Below are positions 13,161 to 25,954 of a stretch of 64,000 nt of DNA, piece after piece. The DNA is taken from assembly GCF_006345805.1 (NCBI RefSeq), contig NC_042997.1:24614001-24678000 (forward strand), written 5' to 3'. Source of the stretch: Octopus sinensis (Eukaryota). The notes under the pieces were generated by a model, which was not told where the DNA came from, did not search any database, and worked only from the letters and a program-made list of their open reading frames with translations. The first letter of the stretch is position 1, and every line of letters begins with the position of its first letter. The position numbers and the translations under genes are program-made.

Positions 13161-13957
13161 TGGGAGGCGAGAGAAAATACGGCCAGTCACTTCGGCGGTC
13201 GACGTGAAAAGAAAAAAGAGAATAGCAATGACGATGACGACAGGTCACATGTCAGTAGTAGGAGGGAGAAAAGTGGAAGAGGACAGAGAAAGAGAGAGAC
13301 ATACATACACAAAGCAGAGAGGGAAGGTAAAAGATAGGAACAGCTAGCAGCAGAGAAAAAGTATAGGGAGGGAAGGGGGGAGAAAGAGTGAGAGAGGGTG
13401 AAAGGGAGAGAAAGAAAGAGAAAGGAGAGGGACTAGACGTCGTACGAAAATATGGAAACACTTACTGTAAACAAAATAGGAGTACTTAGCGTCCCATTAA
13501 ATAATATCAGTTAAAAAGCACATAATAAATGCACAAACAAACGGAAAAAAGACAGTCACCAAATCCACATGAGTTATTAGTCAGAGGGTCAATCGCAATT
13601 TCGCGTCTTCAACGATTTTATTATTCCCCTCTGGTGGCGCCAGCAGCAAAAGACCCCGAGAAATAGCATGTCAACGAATATGAAAGAAAGTGAACATCAA
13701 TGAAAACGTAAATATTCAATACAGAAAATAAACATACAAATTAATGTGGGTCAAGGCGACCGGTTAGTGGACGGACATGAAAACAAACAACGTGAAATGT
13801 GCACACACACACACACACACACACACATGTATATATATATATGTGTGTGTGTGTGTATAACGGAAAACTTTACGAAAATAAACAAAAGACGAAGGCAGGT
13901 GGAGTACAAACAAACAAATGTATTAGTATAGCGCTCAGGAATAGAAATAGAAAAAAG

Positions 13958-13995
13958 TCTTTTACGTTTCGAGCCTACGCTCTTCGACAGAAAGA
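13958..13995 (-). ncRNA. Minimal hammerhead-like motif (variant core) in a PLE-like terminus
   Basis: Minus: ucuuu CUGUCGA A gagc-guag-gcuc GAAA cg UA aaaga; second copy at 38552-38589. Confidence 0.55.
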
Positions 13996-14028
13996 TGCAC
14001 AGAAAAAAAACAGGAGGAGAGAATATAG

Positions 14029-14080
<52 letters not shown>

Positions 14081-14089
14081 ATATATATA

Positions 14090-14149
<60 letters not shown>

Positions 14150-14205
14150 ATATATATATTATATATATGTATATACACATATGACGATATGTTATACTTT
14201 CTTTT

Positions 14206-14341
14206 GTTCTTTTATTTGTTTCAGTCATTTGACTACGGCTATACTGGGGCACCGGTTTTAGTTAAACAAGTCGGCTCTAGAACTTATTCTTTCTAAGAAC
14301 CAATACTTGTTATGAAGTGGGGAGGGATAAACACAGACACT
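14206..14341 (-). mobile_element. SINE family A, 3' fragment
   Basis: ttgtttcagtcatttgactacggctatactggggcaccg is the reverse complement of the family A tail. Confidence 0.7.
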
Positions 14342-14552
14342 GAGTCTTTGCTCTTCTCTCTTTGTTCAAGTAACCCGATTGTCGCTTTGAAAACAGTTGG
14401 AGTGATCACCAAGGACATAACAAAACTGTTGATATTAAGGATAAAACCGAGCTCAAAACCTGGAAATGATATATGGTGTCTGCCACTACCTGTTGAAGCC
14501 AATTCCTGGTAGGAAACGATCAATTCACACCTCCACCCAACACACACACACA

Positions 14553-14591
<39 letters not shown>

Positions 14592-14776
14592 TAAGCAATA
14601 AAGGGTTTAGCAACGAATTGCCTCACCACATACCGAATTTAGAAATAGCAGTCAAAGAGTTATAGCTATTTCTTCTACTAAAAGGGAGATCTCAGTAAAA
14701 ACACACATTGGAAGGCAGACCCAAACAGGTAAGAGAGAATGAATTGACGGCAATCTATCATAACAATTTTAAGTTA

Positions 14777-14873
14777 TCTACGCGTACGTTTCGAAATCAA
14801 GTTTTTAGGAAAGCATAAGAATTAATATTAAATAATTCTATCTTACCAAAACTTCTTTTCTCTTCAGCGTAGA
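14777..14873 (-). ncRNA. Hammerhead copy lacking the UC of the cleavage site
   Basis: Reverse complement reads ...GAAAcguacg-cguaga, versus GAAAcguacgUCcguaga in the 15534 copy. Confidence 0.7.
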
Positions 14874-15533
14874 ATACTATAATCATAAATGATATATTGA
14901 ATTTTGAGATACTAGAAGGCACCAACTCAACTCAGTATCAGAGCGAGCTAGAATCCGCAACTAGTATCACCACCGAATTCAATGTGTGAATGGAAAGTTG
15001 TGTCACCAGCCCCTTCCCCCCGCGTGTAGCCAAAACAAGATGCTGTGTCATCTACTGAGATAAAATATGGTTATCCGTCTCTCTTACCTGTTTGTGTCTG
15101 CCTTCCAATTGCTGTTTTTACTGAGATCTCCCTTTTTAGTAGAAGAAATAGCTATAACTCTTTGACTGCTATTTCTAAATTCGGTATGTGGTGAGGCAAT
15201 TCGTTGCTAAACCCTTTATTGCTTAGTATTACTGAAATTTTCCTCGAATGAGGCTTTTACATGCCGAAGACTACTTGGTGTAATTGATAATTATTCCAAA
15301 TTAATTAATTTCACGCTTCATTATTACGGATAACCATATTTTATCTCAGTAGATGACCACAGCATCTTGTTTTGGCTACACGCGGGTGGGAAGGGGCTGG
15401 TGACACAATCTTTCCATTCACACATTGAATTCGGTGATACTAGTTGCGGATTCTAGCTCGCTCTGATACTGAGTTGAGTTGGTGCCTTCTAGTATCTCAA
15501 AATTCAATATATAATCATTTATGATTATAGTAT

Positions 15534-15634
15534 TCTACGCTGAAGAGAAAAGAAGTTTTTGGTAAGATAGAATTATTTAATATTTAATTCTTATGCTTTC
15601 CTAAAAACTTGATTTCGAAACGTACGTCCGTAGA
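15534..15634 (+). ncRNA. Type I hammerhead ribozyme, canonical core
   Basis: ucuacg CUGAAGA [gaaa...long AU-rich helix II...uuuc] GAAA cguacg UC cguaga; helix I 6 bp; helix III palindrome ACGUACGU; predicted cleavage after 15628. Confidence 0.88.
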
Positions 15635-15923
15635 TAACTTAAAATTGTATGATAGATTGCCGTCAATTCATTCTCTCTTATCTGTTTGTGTCTGCCTTCC
15701 AATTGCTGTTTTTACTGAGATCTCTCCTTTTTAGTAGAAGAAATAGCTATACTCTTTGACTGCTATTTCTAATTCGGTATGTGGTGAGGCAATTCGTTGC
15801 CAAACCCTTTATTGCTTAGTATGACTGAAATTTTCCTCGAATGAGGCTTTTACATGCCGAAGACTACTTGGTGTAATTGATAATTATTCCAAATTAATTA
15901 ATTTCACCCTTCATTATTACGGA

Positions 15924-15954
<31 letters not shown>

Positions 15955-16061
15955 CCGAGTTCTTATAGAGACTAGATTAATAAATGAAATTCCAATTTAA
16001 TCATATTTTCACGTGTTTTTATTCGCAATTTTTAAAAGTTTACAATTTTACAATATTCAAA

Positions 16062-16101
16062 TAAGCTAGTACTTTCATGCATTGCGCGATCATCAGGTTC
16101 A
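16062..16101 (-). ncRNA. Minimal hammerhead motif, partly decayed
   Basis: Minus: ugaac CUGAUGA ucgcgcaaugcau GAAA guac UA gcuua; helix III palindrome AGUACU; helices I and II weakened. Confidence 0.6.
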
Positions 16102-16830
16102 TGTAGTGACAGTCGTGTTCAACACTTGACAACTATTGTAAAATTGTAGAATTGAAGGAAGTGTGAATAATAAAAAGTGAAAATCCGACTAACTCGCTAT
16201 ACCTTTTCTGATTTGCCATATACAATTTAAGATTATAAGCTATGCCGTTTTGCTTCCCATTTTATATCATTGTTAGTGTGCGAATTTGTTTGTAGCTTCA
16301 GCACTTTTACGATTTTAGTATAAGCGCTGTTTTCGATTTCATAAAAAAAAATTATCTAAGGTTCCAAGCGTTTTGTTTGATATTTTAAACTTTATAACAG
16401 TAAATACTCTTAAATATTACTGAAATAAATCGTATATTTCAAATGATTTCTAGGTTCATTATTCTTGCGTGTGGCAGCGTACCTTTACGTCGTGGCAATA
16501 CATATATTCTTTAAAGATTGCAGTTAGAGAATAGAGCTTTACAGCACACGCGTTTCCTTTTCATCATTTTCCTTAACCACTAACGTTTTTGAACAGTCCA
16601 TTTTATGTATTAGTTGGTGTAAGTATATTCTTTATAGAGCAGATAAACTTGCTTGCATCTATATAAGACACCATAATTTTTCGCCGTAACATGTGTTCTA
16701 ATATATACTATAATGTGATAATACAATGCAGTTTATTATATCATAGAGTAATATGACACGGCACTGCAACCTTACACTCATACAAATATGTATACATATA
16801 CATATACAAGCATATATCCAGATTCGTGCG

Positions 16831-16887
<57 letters not shown>

Positions 16888-17197
16888 TATATGATATATA
16901 TATATATATATATATACAAGTATATATGCATGCACACACATATAAATGGTGCGGGCACACACAGACACAGACATACACACACTCACACATACACATATAC
17001 AAACATGTACATACAACACACATACACTGTCGCCTATATATCCATGTACAGATACACTCCATTCGATACATATATCAAAATATGTGTATGTGTGTTTGCG
17101 CGCGCGCGACTGTGTGTGAGTGTGTGTCTGTGTGTGTGTGTATGCAAATATATAGAGAGAGTGTACATAACACCTAACTCTCTATCCATATGTGGTG

Positions 17198-17228
<31 letters not shown>

Positions 17229-17282
17229 GCATAAGTGTATATATATAATGTATATAAGAGTATATATATATGTATATATAGA

Positions 17283-17323
<41 letters not shown>

Positions 17324-17335
17324 CATACATTATAT

Positions 17336-17409
<74 letters not shown>

Positions 17410-17919
17410 GTATGTATATATATATATGCATCAGTGTATACAAGAGACTCACTGTTCAAATAATTCCTGTTTGTTTTTTGTGTGTGCGTCTATGCGATTG
17501 AATGAGAATATGCCTTGAAATTTGTGTGTGCATCTGTATTTCTGGTGTGTGTGTGTACGTGTGCACACACACACGTGTATCTGTATGCGCGTCCGAATGT
17601 GTTTTCGTGTGAATGTGAACGAGCGCATGTATCTTTGCACTTCCTTGTTGGGTTTCACACATTTGGCAACATTCCGTGTTAAAAATATTGATTTAATACT
17701 GACCAAAGATCAGGTGTCAGATCTTGATGTTGTTCTAACCGGCAGGAACCGCATTTTTGGTCACACTGTCAAAATCAATAAAGAAAAACAACAATTATTT
17801 CACTCTTTATCATTCTTTTATTCTTTTTTTTATTTCTTTTTATTTCTTTATTCATTCATTCATTTATTTATTTATTTTACGATCTTTCTCACAATTTTTT
17901 CTCATATTATGTTTGCCTA

Positions 17920-18730
17920 TTTCCCTCTTTCTCTGTCTCTCTCCTTCTTTATCTCTTTCTTCCCTCTCTCTGTCTCTCTCTCTCCTTTATCTCTTTCTTC
18001 CCTCTCTCTGTCTCTCTCTCCTTCTTTATCTCTTTCTTCCCTCTCTCTGTCTCTCCCTCCTTCTTTATCTCTTTCTTCCTTCTCTCTGTCTCTCTCTCCT
18101 TCTTTATCTCTTTCTTCCCTCTCTCTGTCTCTCTCTCCTTCTTTATCTCTTTCTTCCCTCTCTCTGTCTCTCTCTCTCCTTTATCTCTTTCTTCCCTCTC
18201 TTCTCCTTCTTTATCTCTTTCTTCCCTCTCTTCTCCTTCTTTATCTCTTTCTTCCCTCTCTCTCTCTCCTTTATCTCTTTCTTCCCTCTCTCTGTCTCTC
18301 CTCCTTCTTTATCTCTTTCTTCCCTCTCTCTGTCTCTCTCTCCTTCTTTATCTCTTTCTTCCCTCTCTCTGTCTCTCCCTCCTTCTTTATCTCTTCTCTG
18401 TCTTTCTTTTCTTTCTCTCTCTCTGTCTCTCTCTCTCTTCTTTTCTCTTTCTTCCCTCTCTCTTCTCTCTCTCCTCCATCCTTTATCTCTTTCTTCCCTC
18501 TCTTCTCCTTCTTTATCTCTTTCTTCCCTCTCACTCTCTCTCCTTTATCTCTTTCTTCCCTCTCTCTGTCTCTCCTCCTTCTTTATCTCTTTCTTCCCTC
18601 TCTCTGTCTCTCTCTCTCCTTTATCTCTTTCTTCCCTCTCTTCTCCTTCTTTATCTCTTTCTTCCCTCTCTCCGTCTCTCTCTCTCCTCCATCTTTATCT
18701 CTTTCTTCCCTCTCTCTATTTCTCTCAATT
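17920..18730. repeat. Polypyrimidine minisatellite (~30-40 bp unit ctctctctgtctctctctccttctttatctctttcttcc)
   Basis: About 20 imperfect tandem units; source of the spurious 535-aa and 368-aa ORFs. Confidence 0.9.
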
Positions 18731-19324
18731 CTTCCCTTTCCTTTTACTATTTTCTCTTCCTATATTCCTCCATCTAATTTTCACTCTCTCCTGCACTCTT
18801 TCTCCTTTTCCCTACACCCTCACCTCTTTGTCTTTCCTTCTCTGTCTGTTAGTCCCCGCTTAGTTTTGTTTGTGTTTTTGTTGCCTTTCGTTATACGTTT
18901 CAAAAGGAATACGATAATGACGACATCATACACACATACACTCACACATGCTCGTACGTACATACGCACATATGCACATATGCGTGTGGCGATAGACACA
19001 TATATGGAATCACATACACACATCTGCATACAAATACGTACAAACATTCAAACATACTCATATACACACTCAAATATGTATAGATCTCATATAATCATAC
19101 TGCACAGTCTAAAGGAAAACTTCATATAACACTAATGCACACACACACGCACACGCGCACACGCACACGTGCACACGCACACACACAAACACACACACAC
19201 ACACCACACACACACACATACACGAGCACATACACGCGCGCACGTAACAGTAGTATATATAATAAACATTTTGTTATATCGGCAACGATGTTTATGAAAA
19301 CCGATAGTTCTCATTGCAGAAGGC

Positions 19325-19680
19325 AATGATGATGGTGATGATGATGATGAGGAGGAGGAGGAGGACGACGACGACGATGATGAAGATGATGATGATGATG
19401 ATGATGATGATGAGAATAATGAAAATGATGAGGATGAGGAATGATGAGGATGATGGTGTTGGGGTTGGTGTTAATGTTGATGGTGGTAGTTTTAGTGGAG
19501 ATCGTGATGTTGGCCTGCCTAGTGGTGATGTTGATGGCACTTAAAAGAAGAATTAGGATGATGATGATGATGAGGGGGAAGAGGAGAACATGGATTGAGA
19601 CAGTAGCAGTAGTGGTAGTGGTGGTGGTGGTGGCGATAGTTGTGGTGGTGTTGGCTGTGATGGTGGTCACAATGATGGCG
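19325..19680. repeat. Compound trinucleotide microsatellite (GAT/GAG/GAC/GTG)
   Basis: Direct inspection. Confidence 0.85.
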
Positions 19681-20811
19681 GCTATTCCGCATCACCCTCT
19701 GGACGATGTTGATAATAATTCTGTAGACTGCAGACAGTAGACTACGATTTAAAATGGAGCTCATTGTGATAACGACAGTTAACTTGAAAGATCATAATAA
19801 TGACATAGATGTACATAAGGTGATGACGTTGCAGATGAAGTGGTAGACAGCGATGATGGCGGAAGGAGAAGAAGGTGTGTAGAGGGCGGGGCTGAGTGAG
19901 ACGTCAATGAAATTGAGAATGTAGCCAGAATTGACATCACCGTTTAGATGTCGATCTAGTCGTCACTGGCTAGTAAATGATTTCTTATCTACTGAGCTTC
20001 TAAGAGTGCCTCCGAGCAATCCTGGCTTTTCTTTCGACCATCACCTGCCGCTTGATCAGCATCAGAATATTCAGTGAGTGAAGGAGAAAAGGATAGAGAG
20101 AGGAGGAGGAGGAGGAGGAGGGTAAGAGAAGGAAATAGAGAAGACGGTAAGAGAAAAGAAATAAGAGAGATAGAGAGGAGGAGGAAGAGACGAGGCTTAG
20201 GAAAAAGGAGAGAATGAATGAGAAAAGGAGAAAGAGAAAGACTGAAAAAGAGAAAGCGAGAAGAATGTGATGTATAGAGAAGTGTTGAGAGGTTCATCAA
20301 ATATAAATGTTGTAGGACGGGCGCCATATTTGATTGCGTTTGAGATCTTGAAAATTCAACAATATTTATCACAGAGTTAATTTTCCTCTATAGAAAATAA
20401 GAAAGCTAGATACAGAGTATATAACGATGATGTTGTAGACCTGTATTATTAAAACAAAACGTAATAAGGAAAGAAAAAGGAAAAATAATGACAATAATAA
20501 TTCTGGTGAAGATAATAATATTTTCTATTATAGGCAAAAGGCTTGAAATTTTGGTTGGCCGAGTTTAATCAATTGCATCTATGCTAGTTCTCAACAAATA
20601 ATTATTTTATCGACCCCCAAAAAGACGTTTGCAAAGTCAGCCTCTGTTGAATTTGAGTTTAGAACGTAAACCTGAGAAAAATACTACCCGGAAAGAATGA
20701 AAGCTAAAGTCGACCATTGCGAAATTTGAGCTCAGAACAAAATTATTACAGATAAAATGTGGCTAAGCATTTTGTCCGCCGCGCTAATGATTCCGTCAAC
20801 TCGCCGCCATC

Positions 20812-20862
<51 letters not shown>

Positions 20863-20864
20863 TA

Positions 20865-21625
20865 ATGATGAATTGATCCGTCGAAGACGATGTATGAGTA
20901 TTCAGCCTTTGTCGAACGACCTGCACAAATGATTTGTTTATAGTGATCAAATGTTTGTGCCGCATATGAACTCACTCTCTCCCACAAATAAGGCCAACCT
21001 TCGAAATGAGCATGTGTTTCCGCTGTGCGACATGTGTAATAGATTGGACGAAACCATTGTCCATATCACGAACGAATCCTGTAGACTTACCCAAAACAAC
21101 TACGAGTTGTGGCGACGTGATAAGGCAGTGAAAGTGCTACACTGTAAATTGTGCGAAAAGTGGGGGCTAGAGAGAGGCAAGACGTATTATGAGCACAAAC
21201 TGCAGAGAGTGACGGAGTCGGAGACTTGCAATATCCTTTGTGATTTCCCAATCCAAACAGACCATGCGCCACGAGATAACAGACCGGATCTAGTGGTGGT
21301 GGTCGACAAGACGCACTACAAATGCGAAATAGTTAATATAGCTGAAATAGCCCGGCTATGGAAAATGAAGAAGGTGCAGATAGTGCCAAATATTGTTGGG
21401 TCCTTGAGGACAGTAGTAGGGGGGAATCAAGAGAAATATAAAGGAACTGGGAATAGAGTGCCCAGTAAAACTGTCACAAATGGTTTGCCACCTTGGCATG
21501 GCCAGAATAATCAGGAAAGTATGATATAGTTGAAAAGGACAGATCGCATGGCGCCGTAAGCTGAACGCAGCAAGTCTGCTACGCATGCAAGACTCCAGGA
21601 GTTCCAAGAAAACCTAAGATAAAAA
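20865..21625 (+). mobile_element. R4/Dong-like LINE 3' relic next to (TAA)n
   Basis: ORF 20951-21529: 'PLCDMCNRLDETIVHITNESCRL..NYELWRRDKAVKVLHCKLC...DFPIQTDH..NRPDLVVV.DK' (CCHC plus RLE PD motif); (TAA)n at 20813-20860. Confidence 0.85.
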
Positions 21626-22027
21626 GAAATTTTTTAAAATCCTGTTTGGTTTCTCCATGATGATTATGAAGGCTTTCTCCCACTTTATGATTCATAACGT
21701 TGAATCTTCGTTTTTTATCTTTGCTGTATATTTTTGTGTTTACGCTCTACTTGTGTCTCAGGTCAGCTCTAAACGAGCAGAAGAATTAATGATCAAAAGT
21801 ATCTCAGCAAAATTATCCTCTGTCGTTCATTTGCTAACGTCTTATCTATAGGAAATATTTGCTGCTCTCTCTTGCAGAACAAACAACCATCTAGTACCAC
21901 GTATGCAAGTAACGCCTGAAACCTAGGCAGCATCAATACGAAGCTGCTTGGATTTGCACTCGTATAATACTTATTGTTTTTGATCTAAGCACAAGACCAG
22001 CGATTTTATACATACATGCATACATTC

Positions 22028-22796
22028 TGTTACGACATGGTGACCATAACCCGAATTTACAGAATCAATGAGGATAGGGTGAACCCAAAATAACAACACA
22101 GCATGAAATTTTTTGCAAAATATTGTTTTACAATTGTCAGCATGGAAAAAACAGCCTACTTACAAAAAGAAATATATACACGAACAAAAATATCAATGCC
22201 ACACCAGACGTGCAGTTAAAATATTTATAAAGGTAACATAGATACAGTTCAGAAATTTGGACTCAGAATCCCGGTTTTGGTTTCATCAAAATTGGCCTCA
22301 CACAAAATCTGGCTTCAAAAAATTTGGTTTTTCAAAAATATGCATTCCAAAAATTTGGATTTCATAAAATCTTGATTTCCAATTTAGTACAAATTCGGTT
22401 TTTGAACCATGGATTTCGAACCTTGGACCCAGATGTGTCACAGAAATTATTTTAAATCTGACAAAAGTTCTGCCGAATTCCTGCAGCATAAAATAAATCC
22501 ATAAATGCCTAACACGTAGCACAAAGTGCAGAAACTTAACAGGAAATCATAACTTCTAGAATCCAATTGAACAACTTTGTCTCACAGACAAAACTGTCAC
22601 AAAAATCTCGGGAGTACAATTATCTCTGCTTATAAAGGTTTGCCAAGGTCTAGCCAATTTGTTATAGTTTCACAATTTGAGCTAATTACACCTAGCATCC
22701 ACCCTTTTCACAATGGACTTCATCCTGACTTTACTGTGCAGCATGAAAAACTGTTTACCTGTCTAATTTAACATTATAATTTATAATTTCCTAACA
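22028..22796. mobile_element. Possible solo LTR
   Basis: Termini TGTTACGA...TCCTAACA (7/8 inverted, TG..CA) set in (CATA)n; no clear TSD. Confidence 0.35.
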
Positions 22797-22829
22797 ATAC
22801 ATACATACGTACGTACACGCGCACACATA

Positions 22830-22862
<33 letters not shown>

Positions 22863-24114
22863 GTGTGTGTCTATATATATGTATATAGAGTCGTTAGACC
22901 AGACGAAGGTAAGATAGCGAACGCTGGAGAAATATTTTCTTTGACATCAGAAAAGATAGAAGAGAGAGAGAGATAAGATAGTTCAACCTTACGTGAGGGA
23001 AAGGAAGATCGACGATGGTCACGTGTGAGCAATAAAACAGAGTAAAGGAGAAAGAGAGGGGAAGAGACAGATAGAAAATGGTGAAGGGGAGGAAAAAGGA
23101 ATTAGAGAAAGGATGAGAGAGAAAATGATAGGGGAGAGAACGGTTTAGGGTAGAGTCGCATCAAAAAGATTAAGATAAACTTACTTGGAAATGGATGCGT
23201 AGTAGCGTTCAATCTAATAATAATATAAATAATATATATGCGCGCGCCCACACATATACACACGCAAACACACACACACACGCAAACACACACACACGAA
23301 CACACATATACATATATATATATGGATATATGGACGTCATAAACAGTAAACAACATGAAATACGAAAACACATGAGCTGAATACGCAAACAACGAGAAAA
23401 ACAAATGGAAAACAAGACAAGTAGCATAAAGAACGACTCATTTTCTATCAGTCTCTCTGTCTCTCTCTCCTTCTTTCTTCTTTACTCCCTGTCGTTACTC
23501 ACACGTGACCAACATCCATCTTAATTTACTTGTCACTAATTTTGACTGACGGTGCAGGGTATCATCTATGTTGCTAGAAATAAGAGTTAAAAACCCTTAA
23601 AGCCGCAAAAAAAGTACATGTCTATTCACTGACTGGGAAAATAACCACGCCATAGCGAGCGAGATCACCATACTAGTCTAATTTCGCTTAAAATCAAAGA
23701 TTATCGGTCGTTACTCCTCCATTGCTGGCTGGTTTTGCTTAATCCCGACTGTCGCTTTATAGTATTTACCTTATGAATCAATTGCTAATTCTACAAAATG
23801 GTAATGTGACAATTATAAAACGACTATGGCGGTTATACGCAATATAAAGCCAAAAAGGAAGAATCGAATTGTCTCTAACTGTAACTGACGGTGCAATGAA
23901 GCACCTACATTGTTAGAAATGAAGGTTAAAAACCCTTAGAGTGTTGTCATGTGCATTCTTGCTGCTCTAAGGGATTTTAACTCTTATTTATAGCAATGTA
24001 GGTGCTACCCTGCACTGTCAGTCATAATTAATGACAATTGAACTTTTCCTTTTTAATTTAAAATTTCGTATTGCAGCCTTCGTCATTATATAAATATATG
24101 TGTATGCTCACATA

Positions 24115-24226
<112 letters not shown>

Positions 24227-24234
24227 ATATATAT

Positions 24235-24267
<33 letters not shown>

Positions 24268-24488
24268 ATGTATATATAAAAGAAATATTAAAATTACTAA
24301 GTCTCTCTAAAGGAGATTACGGCAGCGTTACTGGAAATTATTAGTTATCACCATACTTATAATGGACGCAAATTGTGTGTCAAATAGCTAGCTTGAGGCG
24401 GTGGCCTCTTGGAGTTGATCAGCAACAGCTTTAGTCTTATATTTATAAGACTGCCATATAAGTATGGCGATAACTATTAATATGTATA

Positions 24489-24537
<49 letters not shown>

Positions 24538-24806
24538 CAATATTGGTTACACATATTCGCCCAAGGCCTAACTATCCTGGGGAGTAGTTAAGTCGATTAC
24601 ACCGACTGCAGTGCTGGACTGGTACATGCTTTATCGACCCCGAAAGAATGAAAGGTAAAATGACTACGGTAGAATCTCAACTCAGAATGTAGAAACGGAT
24701 AAAATGGTAAAATACCGCTAAGCATTATGCTTTTCTTCTTAACTACTCCCCAGGATAGTTAGGCCTTGGGCGAATATCTGTAACCAATATATAAATATAT
24801 ATATAT

Positions 24807-25210
24807 ACTCTTACTCTTTACTCTTTTACTTGTTTCAGTCATTTGACTGCGGTCATGCTGGAGCACCGCCTTTTAATCGAGCAAATCGACCCCGGGACTT
24901 ATTCTTTTGTAAGCCCAGTACTTATTCTATCGGTCTCTTTTGCCGAACCGCTAAGTAACGGGGACATAAACACACCAGCATCGGTTGTCAAGCAATGCTA
25001 GGGGGACAAACACAGACACACAAACACACGCACGCATATATATATGTACATATATACGACGGGCTTCTTTCAGTTTCCGTCTACCAAATCCACTCACAAG
25101 GGTTTGGTCGGCCCGAGGCTATAGTAGAAGACACTTGCCCAAGGTGCCACGCAGTGGGACTGAACCCGAAATCATGTGGTTGGTAAACAAGCTACTTACC
25201 ACACAGCCAC
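24807..25210 (-). mobile_element. SINE family A
   Basis: Reverse complement of the family A consensus. Confidence 0.9.
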
Positions 25211-25954
25211 AATATATATATGTATATATATATATATTGCGACAATCAAAATGCACAAATATGTATCTCACTGCGCACACACGTGTGTTTTTGTGGTGTA
25301 TGTGTGTATTTTTATGTCTATTTAAGTGACTCTATTCTGATTTGGATCTACTAAGGCCCATCAAGTACCCTCAAATATCTTCCTCTCTTCTGCGTACAGT
25401 TCAAGATTAAAACCTTAAGCTCGCAGTAGCTTACCTCATCCTCTCCTTAACCTGAACCCACTCTTACTATCATCTCTCTCACGTCTCTCCAGCAGTCGTT
25501 TACATACTGAGCATCAGATGTTTTCATCTTTAACAATTATTGATGTTATGCGACTTTTATGTGTTGAGTACAACCTCGTCCCTGCTTTGTTAATTATTAA
25601 GACTGGAAATGAACAAGACTATTTGGCAGTTACCATCCGATTTGTAATTCGGGAAAGTGAAATTTCTTGTTCTCTTTCCTCCGTAATCATTAAGAAGAGA
25701 GCTCGGAAACATTATAACATTAAATATTGTGTGTCTCTCTTACCATTGTGTTCTTGCAAAATAGACTACACTGTAACCAAAACAAAGCTTTGAGAATAGA
25801 TCTTGATTAAAGTTTGCTAAAGTGAGTTTGATTAATATTGGTTATATCACTTTTTTGATAACTTAGTCCAAGCCATGTCCTACCTAATAGAGCCATCTAG
25901 AGTAGACATTTACGTTATGTTCAGGACATCGTAACTTTCGAGAGTAAGGAACTG

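Larger units (their letters stand above)
14588..15927 (+). mobile_element. ORF-less retrozyme/PLE-like element: ~1.4 tandem copies of a ~594-nt unit plus an inverted ~490-nt copy, inside (TA)n
   Basis: 15079-15334 is directly repeated at 15673-15927; 14588-15078 is the reverse complement of 15326-15822; contains an HHR; (TA)n on both sides. Confidence 0.85.

Noticed and set aside
15243-15275. Second HHR-like motif (cgaauga ggc..gcc gaag) in the 594-nt unit
   Set aside because: Core deviates at several invariant positions and there is no helix I or III
16753-17463. YI-, MYVC- and HT-repeat ORFs here and throughout the window
   Set aside because: Products of (TA)n, (TATG)n and (CA)n microsatellites
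17522-19129. 535-aa and 368-aa ORFs
   Set aside because: Translations of the CT-rich minisatellite (S/L/F low complexity); no domain
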